Part shown: piece after piece, positions 38,820 through 50,544 of the stretch
How the letters are laid out: every line of letters starts with the position of its first letter
Numbering within the stretch: the first letter of the stretch is position 1
NCBI RefSeq assembly: GCF_006345805.1
Contig: NC_043016.1
Coordinates: forward strand, 1,488,001-1,552,000
Length of the DNA: 64,000 bases
Reading direction: 5' to 3'
Source: Octopus sinensis
Lineage: Eukaryota
Made by a program: the position numbers and the translations under genes
Notes under the pieces: generated by a model
Told to the model about the DNA's origin: nothing
Databases searched by the model: none
The model's input: the letters and a program-made list of their open reading frames with translations, nothing else

Positions 38820-39590
38820 TCCCCGAGGGCGGCAGTACGCTCATCACTACTAACTCGGCCGACAGACGATTTCGTCTCACACGCGACAGCGGCTGTTCAA
38901 CATAACCCCACAAGCCAACAATTCACAGACACTGAATGTGGGCGAGTAGAACGGTTTCATCACTCTGCACGCACTTCGGACAAGTCACCGGTTTTATCTC
39001 GAACCGGTGGTACCCACCAAGGTTACTGCCAGCTCAAGAAAATCTGGAAATTATCCATGATATGGGCTGAGAGAAAGCTATCTCTGAGAGGTCAGACAGA
39101 GAGGGAGAATGCATACATTGTCTCCGTCATATATTATTGCCTGACCGTCGTGCCTTGCTGCAGTTTACGTCAGACCAAACTGGGATACATGCTCTTCTTG
39201 CTGAGGAAGGGAAGCGTTCCACTGGTCAGATGCAAAATTTGCTATCAACATCCTCTGAATGGAGGGCCCGGCATGCTGTGGATTCTGAAGCGCAGACATG
39301 TGCTGAGGCTGCGACGTTTCTAGTGCTTCCTAGACAGTGAGCAGTGTGGTCACCGTTTGTTAGACACGATTTTTCACAGCTCCTCTCTTTGAGTTGCAAT
39401 CCTGGATCAAGTGTAGACCGTGGTAGAACGCCTAGCACCTAGAGTGTTGTCAGACACACTCAGTCATCTTCAGTCGGGTAATGCAGTCGGTAGAAGTTTC
39501 ACTCAAGCGTTCAATAAAGAGTTAGTGGCGGGCAAGCGCAACGACGTTCTTAGGGAGACTCTGGGCGTCAATTATTTCTCTACCTCATTT
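38820..39590 (+). mobile_element. Decayed, internally deleted Tx1-like ORF2 fragment related to 50545-58733
   Basis: WAERKLSLRG..NAYIVSVIYYCLTVVPC..ICYQHPLNGGPGM..RRHVLRLR matches the 53790-54728 translation. Confidence 0.85.
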
Positions 39591-40147
39591 GCTAGTTCAC
39601 TCTTTTGCCTATCGACTTCAAGCTTCACACTGCAAAATGGTACGATTCTAAAATATTGTGCCTTCTGGACTCATCTCGAGACCCTGTTCTTTCCTCTTCC
39701 CTCTTCCCTTCGTTCCTTTTATTATAGACATTTGTATTCACTCTGATGAAGCTCCATGTACTAGATCGAATGTGCCATAAAGATGGCAAATATTATTTTC
39801 GGAATTTTCTTTGTAAGCACAGATTGACATCGGCAGCCGAAAGGGCCGTAAGAAATGTTATGTAATGCTATGTTATGTTTTGTATTAAAAATAATTAACC
39901 GAATTGTATGTTGATCAAAATTTGTTTATTTATCAAACTGTTTCTCCATTTTCTGCTTATTTAAATTTGATTCCTGATAAACTTTTGTTTATTCAGTTTT
40001 TTACCTGTACCCTATGAGCATAGTGTGCTTGCATACCTATGCCCAGGGTTAACATAGGTAATTGTTAACATAGGTAAGAGAACTCTTATCCCTTAGACCG
40101 TTAACTCTGCTTACCTTTGATATATAAATTCACACAACACACAAATA

Positions 40148-41417
40148 CGTATAAATAATGCTGTTTTTTAATACTTCTTTTATTTTTCAAAATTAAGAAG
40201 AGTAAAGTTCCTTTTTACTCAAAAGTATACTCTCCTTCATTTTCTACAGTGCTCTTCCATCTATCTGATAAACATGTCAGGCCTCTCTTCCAAAATTCAC
40301 TTGTCCGTGACGAAAAATACTCTTCCACTACTGTTCTGACCACGTCTACAGAATTCATATTATTTCCGTCCAAATGATTTTTAAAACTGCAGAATAAATG
40401 ATAATCAGATGGGGCAATGTCCGGCGAATATGGTAGGTGGGGCATCATTTCCCATTGAAACTGCTCCAGCCATTGGAATGTCATCCTTGCTGTATGTGGT
40501 CAAACATTAACCTGATGGAAGAACACCTTTCGTCTTGAAACCAAAGATAGTTGTTTTTCTTCTAGCGCTGACTTAAGACGCTCAAAGTGCTGGCGGTGGA
40601 TCTCCTTTGTTGTCGTTTGGTTTGGGCTTAAAAGTTCAAAGTGGACTAAACCTTTCATATCTTCCCAAAGAGATAACAGCACCTTACGTGGGTGAAGACC
40701 TTCTTTAGCCTGGGGTACCTGTGTTTCTCCTTTCCCTACTCACTGTGTTTGGCGCTTGATATTTTTATAGAGAACCCACTTCTCGTTACCAGTCACTATT
40801 CGGTCCAAAAAAACGTTCATTCATGAGACGTGACATCAAAGAAGAGCACACATTCACTCTCTGCGCGCTATTAGACTCAGAAAGTTTGTGAGGAAGCCAT
40901 TGACCCAATTTGCTGACTTTTCCGATGCCATGCAAGTGTCGATGAATGGTTGAATGACCGAATCCAAGCTTCTCTACTAGTTCCTCAACAGTTATGATAG
41001 GATTTAGTTCCACCAGGTTTGCAGGGCCTCCTCGTCGAGCTCTACAGATCTTCCAGGATGGGGCTCTTCTAGGCTATTGTTTCTGACTCGGAATTTCTGG
41101 AACCACCGTTCACACTGGCTTACGCTTATTGCCCAATCCTCATGTATTGCATTAATATGCCTCACAGTTTCCATTGTGTTGTTGCCTTTATTGAACTCAT
41201 AAAGGAAAATATGTCGAATATGCTCCTTTGTCACTTCCATTAAAGCTTTGAAAAAATAACTGTTAAAATCGAACTGCACTCTTCAAAACTTGCACTAAGA
41301 ATCAGGACAAGGTAAAATTATTACCTGCTTTTATAACAATTTGATGCATGTAGTTTATCCCGTCACCCTCAAACTTTTAGTTCATACAATTCAAAAAACC
41401 ACATTATTTATATCATC
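40148..41417 (-). mobile_element. Mariner element, near full length, decayed
   Basis: TIR-like ataaataatgctgtttttt (40151) and aaaaaaccacattatttat (41393). Motifs QWLPHKLSE, VTGNEKW and HLPYSPDIAPSDYHLF. Confidence 0.92.
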
Positions 41418-41569
41418 ATGAGTGGTGTGCGTATTCATGTGTATAAGAGTACGGGTCTATATACCTCTGTAGCTGTTTATGTAAATGTGTGGTGTTCGTT
41501 AAGTGTGTTTTCCTGCGTATTACATGGATTTGCAGGAACATTCCGTCGGTTACCTACTCGTGAAATTAA

Positions 41570-41805
41570 CATGCATGTGGCTGAGTACTCCACAGACAGG
41601 CACGCCCCTAATGCAGTTCTCAGGTATATTTAACGTGACACAGAATGTGACAAGGCTGGCCCTCTGAAATACAACTCACTTTTGCCAGCTGAGTAGATTG
41701 GAGCAATGTGAAAAAAAGTGTCTAACTCAAGGACGGAACTCGTCACCAGGTATCGAACTCACGTTTTTATCGTGAGTCGAGTACCCTAAGCACTTAGCCA
41801 CACGT
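41570..41805 (-). mobile_element. tRNA-headed SINE family 2
   Basis: Minus strand: gtggctaagtgcttagggtac..gtgagttcgatacc..tccttgagttagacactt..gctccaatctactcagctggcaaaagtgagttg. Related to 63039. Confidence 0.75.
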
Positions 41806-42702
41806 CTGCGTATTTGATATGTACATAAGTACATAATTCAGATTGTGTAATTATGTGTAACATTATATTTGCATATTTGTTTTATACAAACTTTTGAATA
41901 TATTCAATGTAACTCATAAATTATACATACAGCGTTTTGTTTCTATATGCCTGGTGAGTATATTTAAATATATTCAAGCTTGTATGCTTTATGTGTGGAC
42001 ACAAGTATATGTTTTATTTGATGAAGAGGTTGTAATTCTCCTTGTGGTTTTTATTTTATTTTAATGCTTGTATATTTGTGTGTGCAAAGGGGTGGGTTTG
42101 GAGAACGGCGTGCCAGCGCGTGCGTATTTCTGTATTGTTATAATAATGTGTATGCGTGCGTGTTTGCGATTGTGTTTCTGTATGGGTGTAGATGTATGTG
42201 TGTCTGTCTGAAAGTATGCTTATCTTTCTATGTATGTAGTTATATGCACTCGAATCTGCGCGTGCGAGTCTTCCCGCGCACGAGTCTCGGCACGCACGAG
42301 TCTCTGTACATACGATTCTCTGCGAACACGATTCTCTGAGCGCACGTGTCTCTTCGTGCACGATCTCTGCATGTGTGCATGTGTTTTTACGTGCGCGTAT
42401 GTGCTTCTCCATCTGTGTGTGTGGTTCTGCGCGGTTGTCGTTTTCTTTTCTGCGTGTGCATGTCTTTCTGTGTGTGTATATGTTTTCCAGCGTATTTGTG
42501 TGTCTTTGTGTATCCTATGTATGTGCTTGTGCGCGCGCGTGTATATCCGTAGACACTCACATCTGCACCTGCGTCGTTCTGACGCACAAATCTCTGTGCG
42601 TGCGTATGTATATCTCCGTTCTGTGTGGTACTGCGCTAGCGTAAGTCTTTTCTGCGTGCGTATATGCTTTTCTAGGTGTTTATGTATTCTGTGTGTATGT
42701 GT

Positions 42703-42741
<39 letters not shown>

Positions 42742-42839
42742 TGTGTGCGTGCGTGTGTGTATGATATATATTTATATATTTATATTAAGGACTGACTACT
42801 TGATAAATTCTTATGAAGTTAATTTTTTAAATTAAAAAA

Positions 42840-42893
<54 letters not shown>

Positions 42894-43012
42894 ACAATCA
42901 AGGAACGGCCATAATAGGCCATTCACCCACTAGAAATAACAGCCAAAGCTTCAACCGCAAATAAAAATCAATTCCGTAAACAGGAGAAAATTTAAAAAAC
43001 ATTTACCCTGTA

Positions 43013-43119
43013 ATTTCTTATACGATGCACCGTTTCATCTGCTGTTTAATGGTAAACTAACCTGATTAAATTAAATCAGGCCAATCTTCCATAGGCCCTC
43101 AGATTCTTCAGTAAGAAAT
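43013..43119 (-). ncRNA. Type I hammerhead ribozyme, unit 1
   Basis: atttctta-CTGAAGA-atctg..cagat-GAAA-cggtgcatcg-TA-taagaaat. 8-bp stem I, 5-bp stem II closed by A-U, near-palindromic stem III, GUA triplet. Confidence 0.9.
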
Positions 43120-43506
43120 AGCCACACGTCGGAACAGATATTTTCACGAGGCATTTCCGACCCTGCCAAGGTAATATCTGACCTAAAATTTTCAAATCAT
43201 CGCACTCGCGCCAAATTTATCGGCAGCAAATAAATATAAGCCGTCGATTCCATTACGGAATTAACCAGAAAATTCATAATTAATCAATATAGGGTGGCAA
43301 AAAAAAAATTTTGTAGAATTTTTTTGCCACCAGCGGCCTAGTGGGAAAAAATTAAATAGTCATAGACCATTTTTAAGTTCAACATCAACAATCAAGGAAC
43401 GGCCATAATAGGCCATTCACCCACTAGAAATAACAGCCAAAGCTTCAACCGCAAATAAAAATCAATTCCGTAAACAGGAGAAAATTTAAAAAACATTTAC
43501 CCTGTA

Positions 43507-43613
43507 ATTTCTTATACGATGCACCGTTTCATCTGCTGTTTAATGGTAAACTAACCTGATTAAATTAAATCAGGCCAATCTTCCATAGGCCCTCAGATTC
43601 TTCAGTAAGAAAT
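43507..43613 (-). ncRNA. Type I hammerhead ribozyme, unit 2
   Basis: Identical to 43013-43119, offset by 494 nt. Confidence 0.9.
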
Positions 43614-43848
43614 AGCCACAAGTCGGAACAGATATTTTCACGAGGCATTTCCGACCCTGCCAAGGTAATATCTGACCTAAAATTTTCAAATCATCGCACT
43701 CGCGCCAAATTGGGTGAATGGCCTATTATGGCCGTTCCTTGATTGTTGATGTTGAACTTAAAAATGGTCTATGACTATTTAATTTTTTCCCACTAGGCCG
43801 CTGGTGGCAAAAAAATTCTACAAAATTTTTTTTGGCACCCTATATTGA

Positions 43849-43926
<78 letters not shown>

Positions 43927-44661
43927 AGAGAGAGAAAGTGAGTGTGTGTGTGCATGTGTGTCTAAGCGCACGAACCCCTACACACACGAGTGACTCTGTA
44001 CACAGTCTCGGCATGTGTGAATATATTTTAATGTGTGCACATGTTTCACTGTCAGTATGTGGCCATTCACGTGTGTACCTGTTTCTGCGTGTGTATATGC
44101 TTTCCTGCGTGTTTGTGAGCCTAGTGTTGTGTGCGTGTGTGTGTGTGTGCGTGTGTGTGTGCGTGTGTGAGTTTAAGAGAGTGAGAAAGAGAGAGATAGT
44201 GAATGATAGAGTGTGTGTATGTGTGTTATCTAATATCTTCATGAATATCGAATGATGCAAGTATACCTGCTTGTACTACAGTTTTATTATTTTTACCCTC
44301 TATGCAAATTTGCGTATGTACTTGTCAAGCTAATTTATACGCATGGTAGATAAATAGACATTGGCAAGATTGGAAAATTGGTGTTTCGTACCGTGAGTAG
44401 ATGATTTCATTGTTTGATTTCCATTGCATTAAATACACTATTCTTTGAAGGTGTACATATATACAAACATCCGTACATGCATGCATATGTACTTACATGC
44501 ATATGTACATACATACGCATGCATTCATATACATGCATGCATATGTACATACATGCATATGTACATACACATACATTCATATACATGAATGGCTTATATA
44601 TGTTGTTTTAGTATTTTTTTAGTTGTTTCGGTCATTTGACTGCAGCCATGCTGGAGCAACG

Positions 44662-44709
<48 letters not shown>

Positions 44710-44788
44710 GTATGTGTGTATGTATGTATATATATATGTGTGTGTATATATACATACATACACACATACATACATATATACATACATA

Positions 44789-44856
<68 letters not shown>

Positions 44857-45164
44857 CACCGTGAACACCGTGCCCGATCAGGCTATCAGATGTTGCTACA
44901 CATCGCTGGTCTCAATGCACTTCGCATTATTTTAGCCTTCAAATGACGCCACCCCGCTGGCTAAGCTAGCGGGCCAACAGAAGAAAGAGTGAGGGAAAGT
45001 TGTGGCGAAAGAGTACAGCAGGGATCGCCCCCCTCCCCTGTCGGAGCCACGTGGAGCTTTAGGTGTTCTCGCTCAATAAACACTCACAACACCCTGTGTG
45101 GGAATCGAAACCGCGATCTAACGACCGCGAGTCTGCTGCTCTAACCACTCGGCCATTGCGCCTC

Positions 45165-45165
<1 letters not shown>
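44857..45165 (-). mobile_element. tRNA-headed SINE family 3
   Basis: Minus strand: ggaggcgcaatggccgagtggttagagcagcagactcgcggtcg..ggtttcgattccc (A/B boxes), followed by a non-tRNA body. Confidence 0.85.
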
Positions 45166-45196
<31 letters not shown>

Positions 45197-45233
45197 TACA
45201 CACACATACACACATACACACACACACACACAG

Positions 45234-45265
<32 letters not shown>

Positions 45266-45364
45266 TATATATATATATATATATTTATATACATATGAGC
45301 TCTAATGAACCTGAACGAAGTTGTGTTTTTACTTTATATATATAAAGTAAAAGCACAAGTGGGT

Positions 45365-45570
45365 TGAGGTTCATTACAGCTCTTTCAATCATGTGTTTTA
45401 TTAATGGACAAATCAATTACATTATGTAAAGCAAAAACATTTTCTTCGCATGAATTTTAAAAAAGCATGTAACAAAATAAAATTTAATTCACCTGACGTG
45501 AACGGGTTTTACATAATGTAATTGATTTGTCCATCAATAAAAGACACGTTTGAAACGGCTGTAGTAAACC
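45365..45570. repeat. Inverted pair of decayed hammerhead repeats of the 16778 family
   Basis: Plus copy: ttcac-CTGACGT..GAAA-cggctg-TA-gtaaa (about 45488-45568). Minus copy: ..GAAA-gagctg-TA-atgaac (about 45368-45455). The stem II insert tacataatgtaattgatttgtccat is shared. Confidence 0.7.
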
Positions 45571-46023
45571 TTTGCCTGTCTGCGTTTTTATTTATACTAC
45601 ACCACACTCAAAACCTTCTCTGCATTGGATCTTAGATCTATAATAGACCGTGGACTGCATGTACTCTTATGTGATAATTTTTTGTGATTTTACATATACT
45701 TGTGAATGTATGCGTACCTGCAAGGACAACTCCGTATATACACTGGTAAGTATGTGAGTGTCCGAACACAGTTGATACACTGGCATGCTGTTTCGACTCA
45801 TTGATACCTGAAATTATCATGTATACATAAACATACATACAGACATACGCGCGCGCGCACACACATACACACACACATATGCACACGTTTATCAATTTGT
45901 GTTGCAAGATTCCTGATGTGAAACCGTATGTTGAAAACATATTGTTATATTTTAGAATGGTCGTTTTGTTCATGCTAAATAAACCACGCACTATATATTC
46001 ATTCTCTACGAAAATGGAAGGGA

Positions 46024-46064
46024 TCGCTGAAGAGGTCACAGATGTGTGACGAAAGATTTTCCGA
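46024..46064 (+). ncRNA. Candidate minimal hammerhead
   Basis: tcg-CTGAAGA-g-gtcaca(gatg)tgtgac-GAAA-gattt-TC-cga. Perfect 6-bp stem II with one extra G; stems I and III are weak. Confidence 0.5.
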
Positions 46065-46194
46065 CAATGGACATCAGTTGAAATAACAACATTAATAAAC
46101 GAGTGAAGTACAATATATAATGCGTATGTTTAAATGGCAAGAAAAAAAATGACCATCCCGAAATATAACAATATATATATGTGTGTATGTGTGC

Positions 46195-46235
<41 letters not shown>

Positions 46236-46857
46236 TGTGTGCGTGTGTTTGTGTGTATTTATATGCACGTTCAATCTACGACAATTAGCAACAATTGAAG
46301 GAACATAAACTTCTGGCGTTCGACCTACCGTCAAATTATTCTTAAATAATGTTTTAATAGATTTTTATAATTTTGAGAAATGTCGACAATGTGATTCTAA
46401 ATACCTCCGAGCAAAACAGCGTGGTTACGGTTGTAATGCCCTGGACCATAGGTCTTCTTCAGCGGAGCCAACTTCGGTAAGAACAATTACAAAAAAATAG
46501 CCACCACTTAGCGAAATCATAGATTAGCACTTAAAAGTTTGGATTACTGTCGTGGAAACAATGGAATTGGCCAGTCAGTATCACTATTAGCGTCATCATA
46601 ATTTTCATCATCTTTATCATCAACAGCAACTCTCTTGACATCGGGAACTCTTTTAATTTGTTAACTTTCTAACCTCAAAAAGTATTGTCATTTGTTAGCG
46701 ACCGATTTGAATTCCCTTAAGACAAACATAAATGAAAACTCAGACACACATGCATACATATATAAATACATACGTACATGCATGCATGCATACATACATA
46801 CATACATACATACATACATACATACATACATACATACATACATACATACATACATAC

Positions 46858-47050
46858 ACGATGGCTGTCCCCTCGTTATCGAGTATGGCCATTGCACGAA
46901 GCTTAACTGTTATTGGTGCTGTGATCGAATGTGACTTTTTAGCCCAGCTAAAGATCTACAATGTCTTGTACAAAATTGGCAACTAAAACGTTTACCGGTA
47001 ATAGCCGGCTGTAGTTGTAACTGGGCTTCATGTACCTTTGCATGTCGTTT
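46858..47050 (-). mobile_element. Short 3' fragment of the RTE family at 10078-11605, within (TATG)n
   Basis: Reverse complement matches about 11401-11590 and encodes [29 protein letters not shown]. Confidence 0.92.
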
Positions 47051-47285
47051 ATACATACATACGTACATACATACATACGTACATCCATACATACGGACAC
47101 TGCGCAAAAACCTAGAAATACTCGGTTTTACGGAGTAAGAGTAAAAGAAACTGATGCGGGTTCTCCGAATTCAGTCTATTTGTGTCACAGTAAATGCTTG
47201 TTATGACATTCCAAACATTTTACTTTCTGAAATTCTTATCTAAATAGATGCACAAACTTGGGTGTATGCATCGACAGAGAGAGAG

Positions 47286-47356
<71 letters not shown>

Positions 47357-47946
47357 GCGGGAGAGAGTATGTGTGTGCATATGTATATATTTGTATTCTT
47401 GTTATTCAATTTTATTTCAAGATTTCTTGCCAATAAAGAAATAGCCTTCACTGGAACTTCAACAATAGCCTTCAACATCAACAGTTGTAACTTTACATGT
47501 TTTTGTGTATATGTGCAGCTTTGTATGTTTTGTTTTATGTATGTGTTTTCATGCATGTACCTGCATATCTAGACATGCTCATATATGCTTAAATGATGAA
47601 TTTTAGAAAATTTTACAGATTTTTATTGTTCCACTGATGGCTTCGATTTGTAGTCTTCGAATCAGCTTTCGCCATTCTGGTTTTGAGAAACCTAATTTCT
47701 CAAGATACTTAGGCGGTGTTACATATTCCAGTGACCTAATAACTATAGGAACCCCAAGAAATTCTAATCTGGGTAGAATAACTGTAGATTTCTCAATAGT
47801 TCGGCGTATGTATTTATGTACGTATGTATGTATTTATATATGTATGTATAGATACATAGATTGAGGGAGAGAGAGAGAGGGAGAGAGAGAGAGAGAGAGA
47901 AAAAGAGAGGGAGATGATTTTCATGGGAATAATTCACCGTTAGTTG

Positions 47947-48366
47947 GGATCTTTTCGGTTTGAACGGCAGTTTTAACATAATTTCTAGGTAACTAAAAAA
48001 TGTTAAACTTCGTATACTGGTAGAATGTGTTTATAAAACATCTTTTTCTCTTCGCTTTATTGAGAAAATTCTATAGTTTGTAAGATATATGTTGTTTTTT
48101 TCTTCAATTTCTGCAATTTAAACCAATCAGTGACGTCTATTGAGGTGAATACATTCTGTGCCGTATGAATATGTCCCTCGTTTAAGAAACAGATTTGGTT
48201 TATTTACATTTGTGAAGAAAAAAAGATACCCTTCCCCCACCCCTAAACTTAACCCTAACCTTAAAAGAGATTGAAATGCAATAGATCGATTCTAGGGTCA
48301 TAATTATGGGTGACAATTTCATATGACACCGCTAGAAAAAAACTGCCGTTCAAACCGAAAAGATCC
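47947..48366. mobile_element. 420-bp MITE with 28-bp TIRs and an 8-bp TSD, Merlin-like
   Basis: TIR GGATCTTTTCGGTTTGAACGGCAGTTTT at both ends. TSD GTTAGTTG at 47939-47946 and 48367-48374. GG-initiated TIRs with an 8-bp TSD fit Merlin. Confidence 0.85.
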
Positions 48367-49210
48367 GTTAGTTGCACCATATATTTGCTACTTTCAGTTT
48401 TTCTAATATAATACATCCCCGGTGAGAAGGGATATTTGAGCTGAAAATATGCCTACTTCATTTCTCGTGTCACTTTTTCCATGCCTTATATTTAACCCCT
48501 AGTTGTCGACAGCTATTTATAACAAGGCTTTATGGGAATCTAAGCATTTCATCATAGACTGAAGTTACAGAAACATCTGGTCAGTCCGGATAGGCCTCAC
48601 ATATTGTTAATATGAATATAATCATATTTCTTTAATTCACATTAAGGAATTCTGTTTCTTTAATTCACATTAAGGCAGATAATACACTAATCAATTTCTA
48701 ATGAGGGGGAACATCTTCAGAGGATGACTAACACAATTAGCAGAATTAAATTTTCATTTGTGAAGTACAAGAATGTCTGTTTGATACACACATACATGCG
48801 CGCTCACACAGAGTCTATGCACGTACATAAAAAAAATATATGTGTCTATGTTTGTCTGAACATCTTGGTTTAATTTTTAAATATTGGGATTCATAATCGT
48901 AAGGTGGAAGGTTTGATTGCTGAAACGGACAGGTGTTGTGTCTTCGAGCAAAACATTTTATGTTCCCATTGATCTAGCCCATTCAGCTGCAGCTAGGGAT
49001 CCGTAGTGGATTTTCGAGTCAGCACGTATATATTAAATAAAAAGGAAAACAAAACCAAGGCAGGGCGAGTGTCTTGGGTCACTTAGAATATTTAATTAGA
49101 GTAAGGTGACTAAAAAATGGAGAAGTAGAAATAATTAGAAATAATATTCTAAATAACCTAAGATACTCCTCCTGCCTTCGTTTTGCTTTCCTTTTCCTTT
49201 AACACACGTG

Positions 49211-49255
<45 letters not shown>

Positions 49256-49289
49256 ACACACACACACATGCGTGTATGTGTGTGCCCGT

Positions 49290-49520
49290 GTGTGTATCTT
49301 TGTATCTTGTTTGTTCCCATCTTCGCTTGATAAATAGTGTTAGGGTGTTTACGCCCCTGTAAATTAGCAGTTCGGCGCAAGAGACTGATAGAATAAGTAC
49401 TGGGTTAAAAAACAATGAATGTACCGAGGTCGATTGATTCGTTCATTCGACTAAAAATTCTGTAATGCGCTGCCCCAGCATTGCTGCAGTCTAATAGTTG
49501 AAACAAGTAAAAGGAAAGAT
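49290..49520 (+). mobile_element. SINE family 1, diverged 3' portion
   Basis: tcgcttgata..gtgtttacgcccc..gagactgatagaataagtac..gctgccccagcattgctgcagtc..tgaaacaagtaaaag. Confidence 0.75.
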
Positions 49521-50344
49521 AAAAGAAGTTATATATATATACACATACACACACACACACACACAACACAATACACACACAACACAACAAAACACACACA
49601 CACACATACACACACACGCACACACACACACACATATATATATAAGCACATATCTATATAGCATATATACATACATACATGCATATATATATGTGCATAT
49701 ATGTATATATGTACTTATATATACTTTATATGTCCTTCTATCTATCTGTCTACCTATCTATACATCTGTTTTTTACTGGCTATATGTTTGCATACATGTC
49801 TGTCTGGTTATTTCTATCAGCTAGCCACAACTATTTAGAGTACTCTTGTGTTTTCTACGTGTATACATTTAATTATATACATATTTAACACACTAAATAC
49901 AATACATAATTTCTTCATATAGAGCAATGCAAATATTTGCTGATATTCGGACTGACACCCGCTAATATGTAGTTTCTTGCTAAAATCTTTGAACAATTTT
50001 AATGGGAAGTGTCTGTTAAATATATAAAACAAATGACGATGTACTGGCATTTCTTCTCAAGTTAATAATGATTTCAAGTAAACATATTAATTTCTTATTT
50101 CGTATATAACTTGAGATAAATCACTTGGCACTGCTTATGAAGAAAACAATATTGAATCGTAGATGCTGATCAACAGTTAGTAATACAAAAAGGAAAAAAT
50201 ATACCGCATAATTATACTTCAGTATCACCACACATCTTTTTTGTGCATCAAAAGAAATGTTATATTGTTTACGAAAAAGGATAATTCTTCTTAAAACAGT
50301 CACCCATACACACACACATAAGTCAAGACTATCTACAAGTTGGT

Positions 50345-50428
<84 letters not shown>

Positions 50429-50465
50429 CATGTCTGTCTGCCTGTCTGTCTATCTATCTATCTTC

Positions 50466-50537
<72 letters not shown>

Positions 50538-50544
50538 TTATCTA
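50345..50544. repeat. (TATC)n array 1
   Basis: Direct inspection. Confidence 0.97.

Larger units (their letters stand above)
42891..43855 (-). mobile_element. Retrozyme-like tandem: a 494-bp unit, a 326-bp second copy and a 145-bp inverted segment, embedded in (TA)n
   Basis: 42891-43216 repeats at 43385-43710 with one substitution seen. 43711-43855 is the reverse complement of about 43277-43423. Confidence 0.9.

Noticed and set aside
39740-39785. ctCTGATGAagctc..gatcGAAT hammerhead-like string
   Set aside because: The second core half and stems are too degraded to call.
42230-42835. 201-aa Cys/Val-rich ORF
   Set aside because: It is a degenerate TG-rich minisatellite.
42891-43855. CRISPR-like or satellite interpretation of the tandem
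   Set aside because: There is no repeat-spacer periodicity, only 1.7 long units, and the context is eukaryotic.
45080-45165. tRNA gene
   Set aside because: No acceptor stem or clear anticodon arm, and it continues into a SINE body. The same applies to the heads at 24172 and 63039.
45638-46660. Possible host exons (ORF 45638-46039; acidic peptide at about 46540-46655; gtaagt at about 45746)
   Set aside because: Short, no recognisable domain and no consistent splice chain. RNA-seq would be needed.
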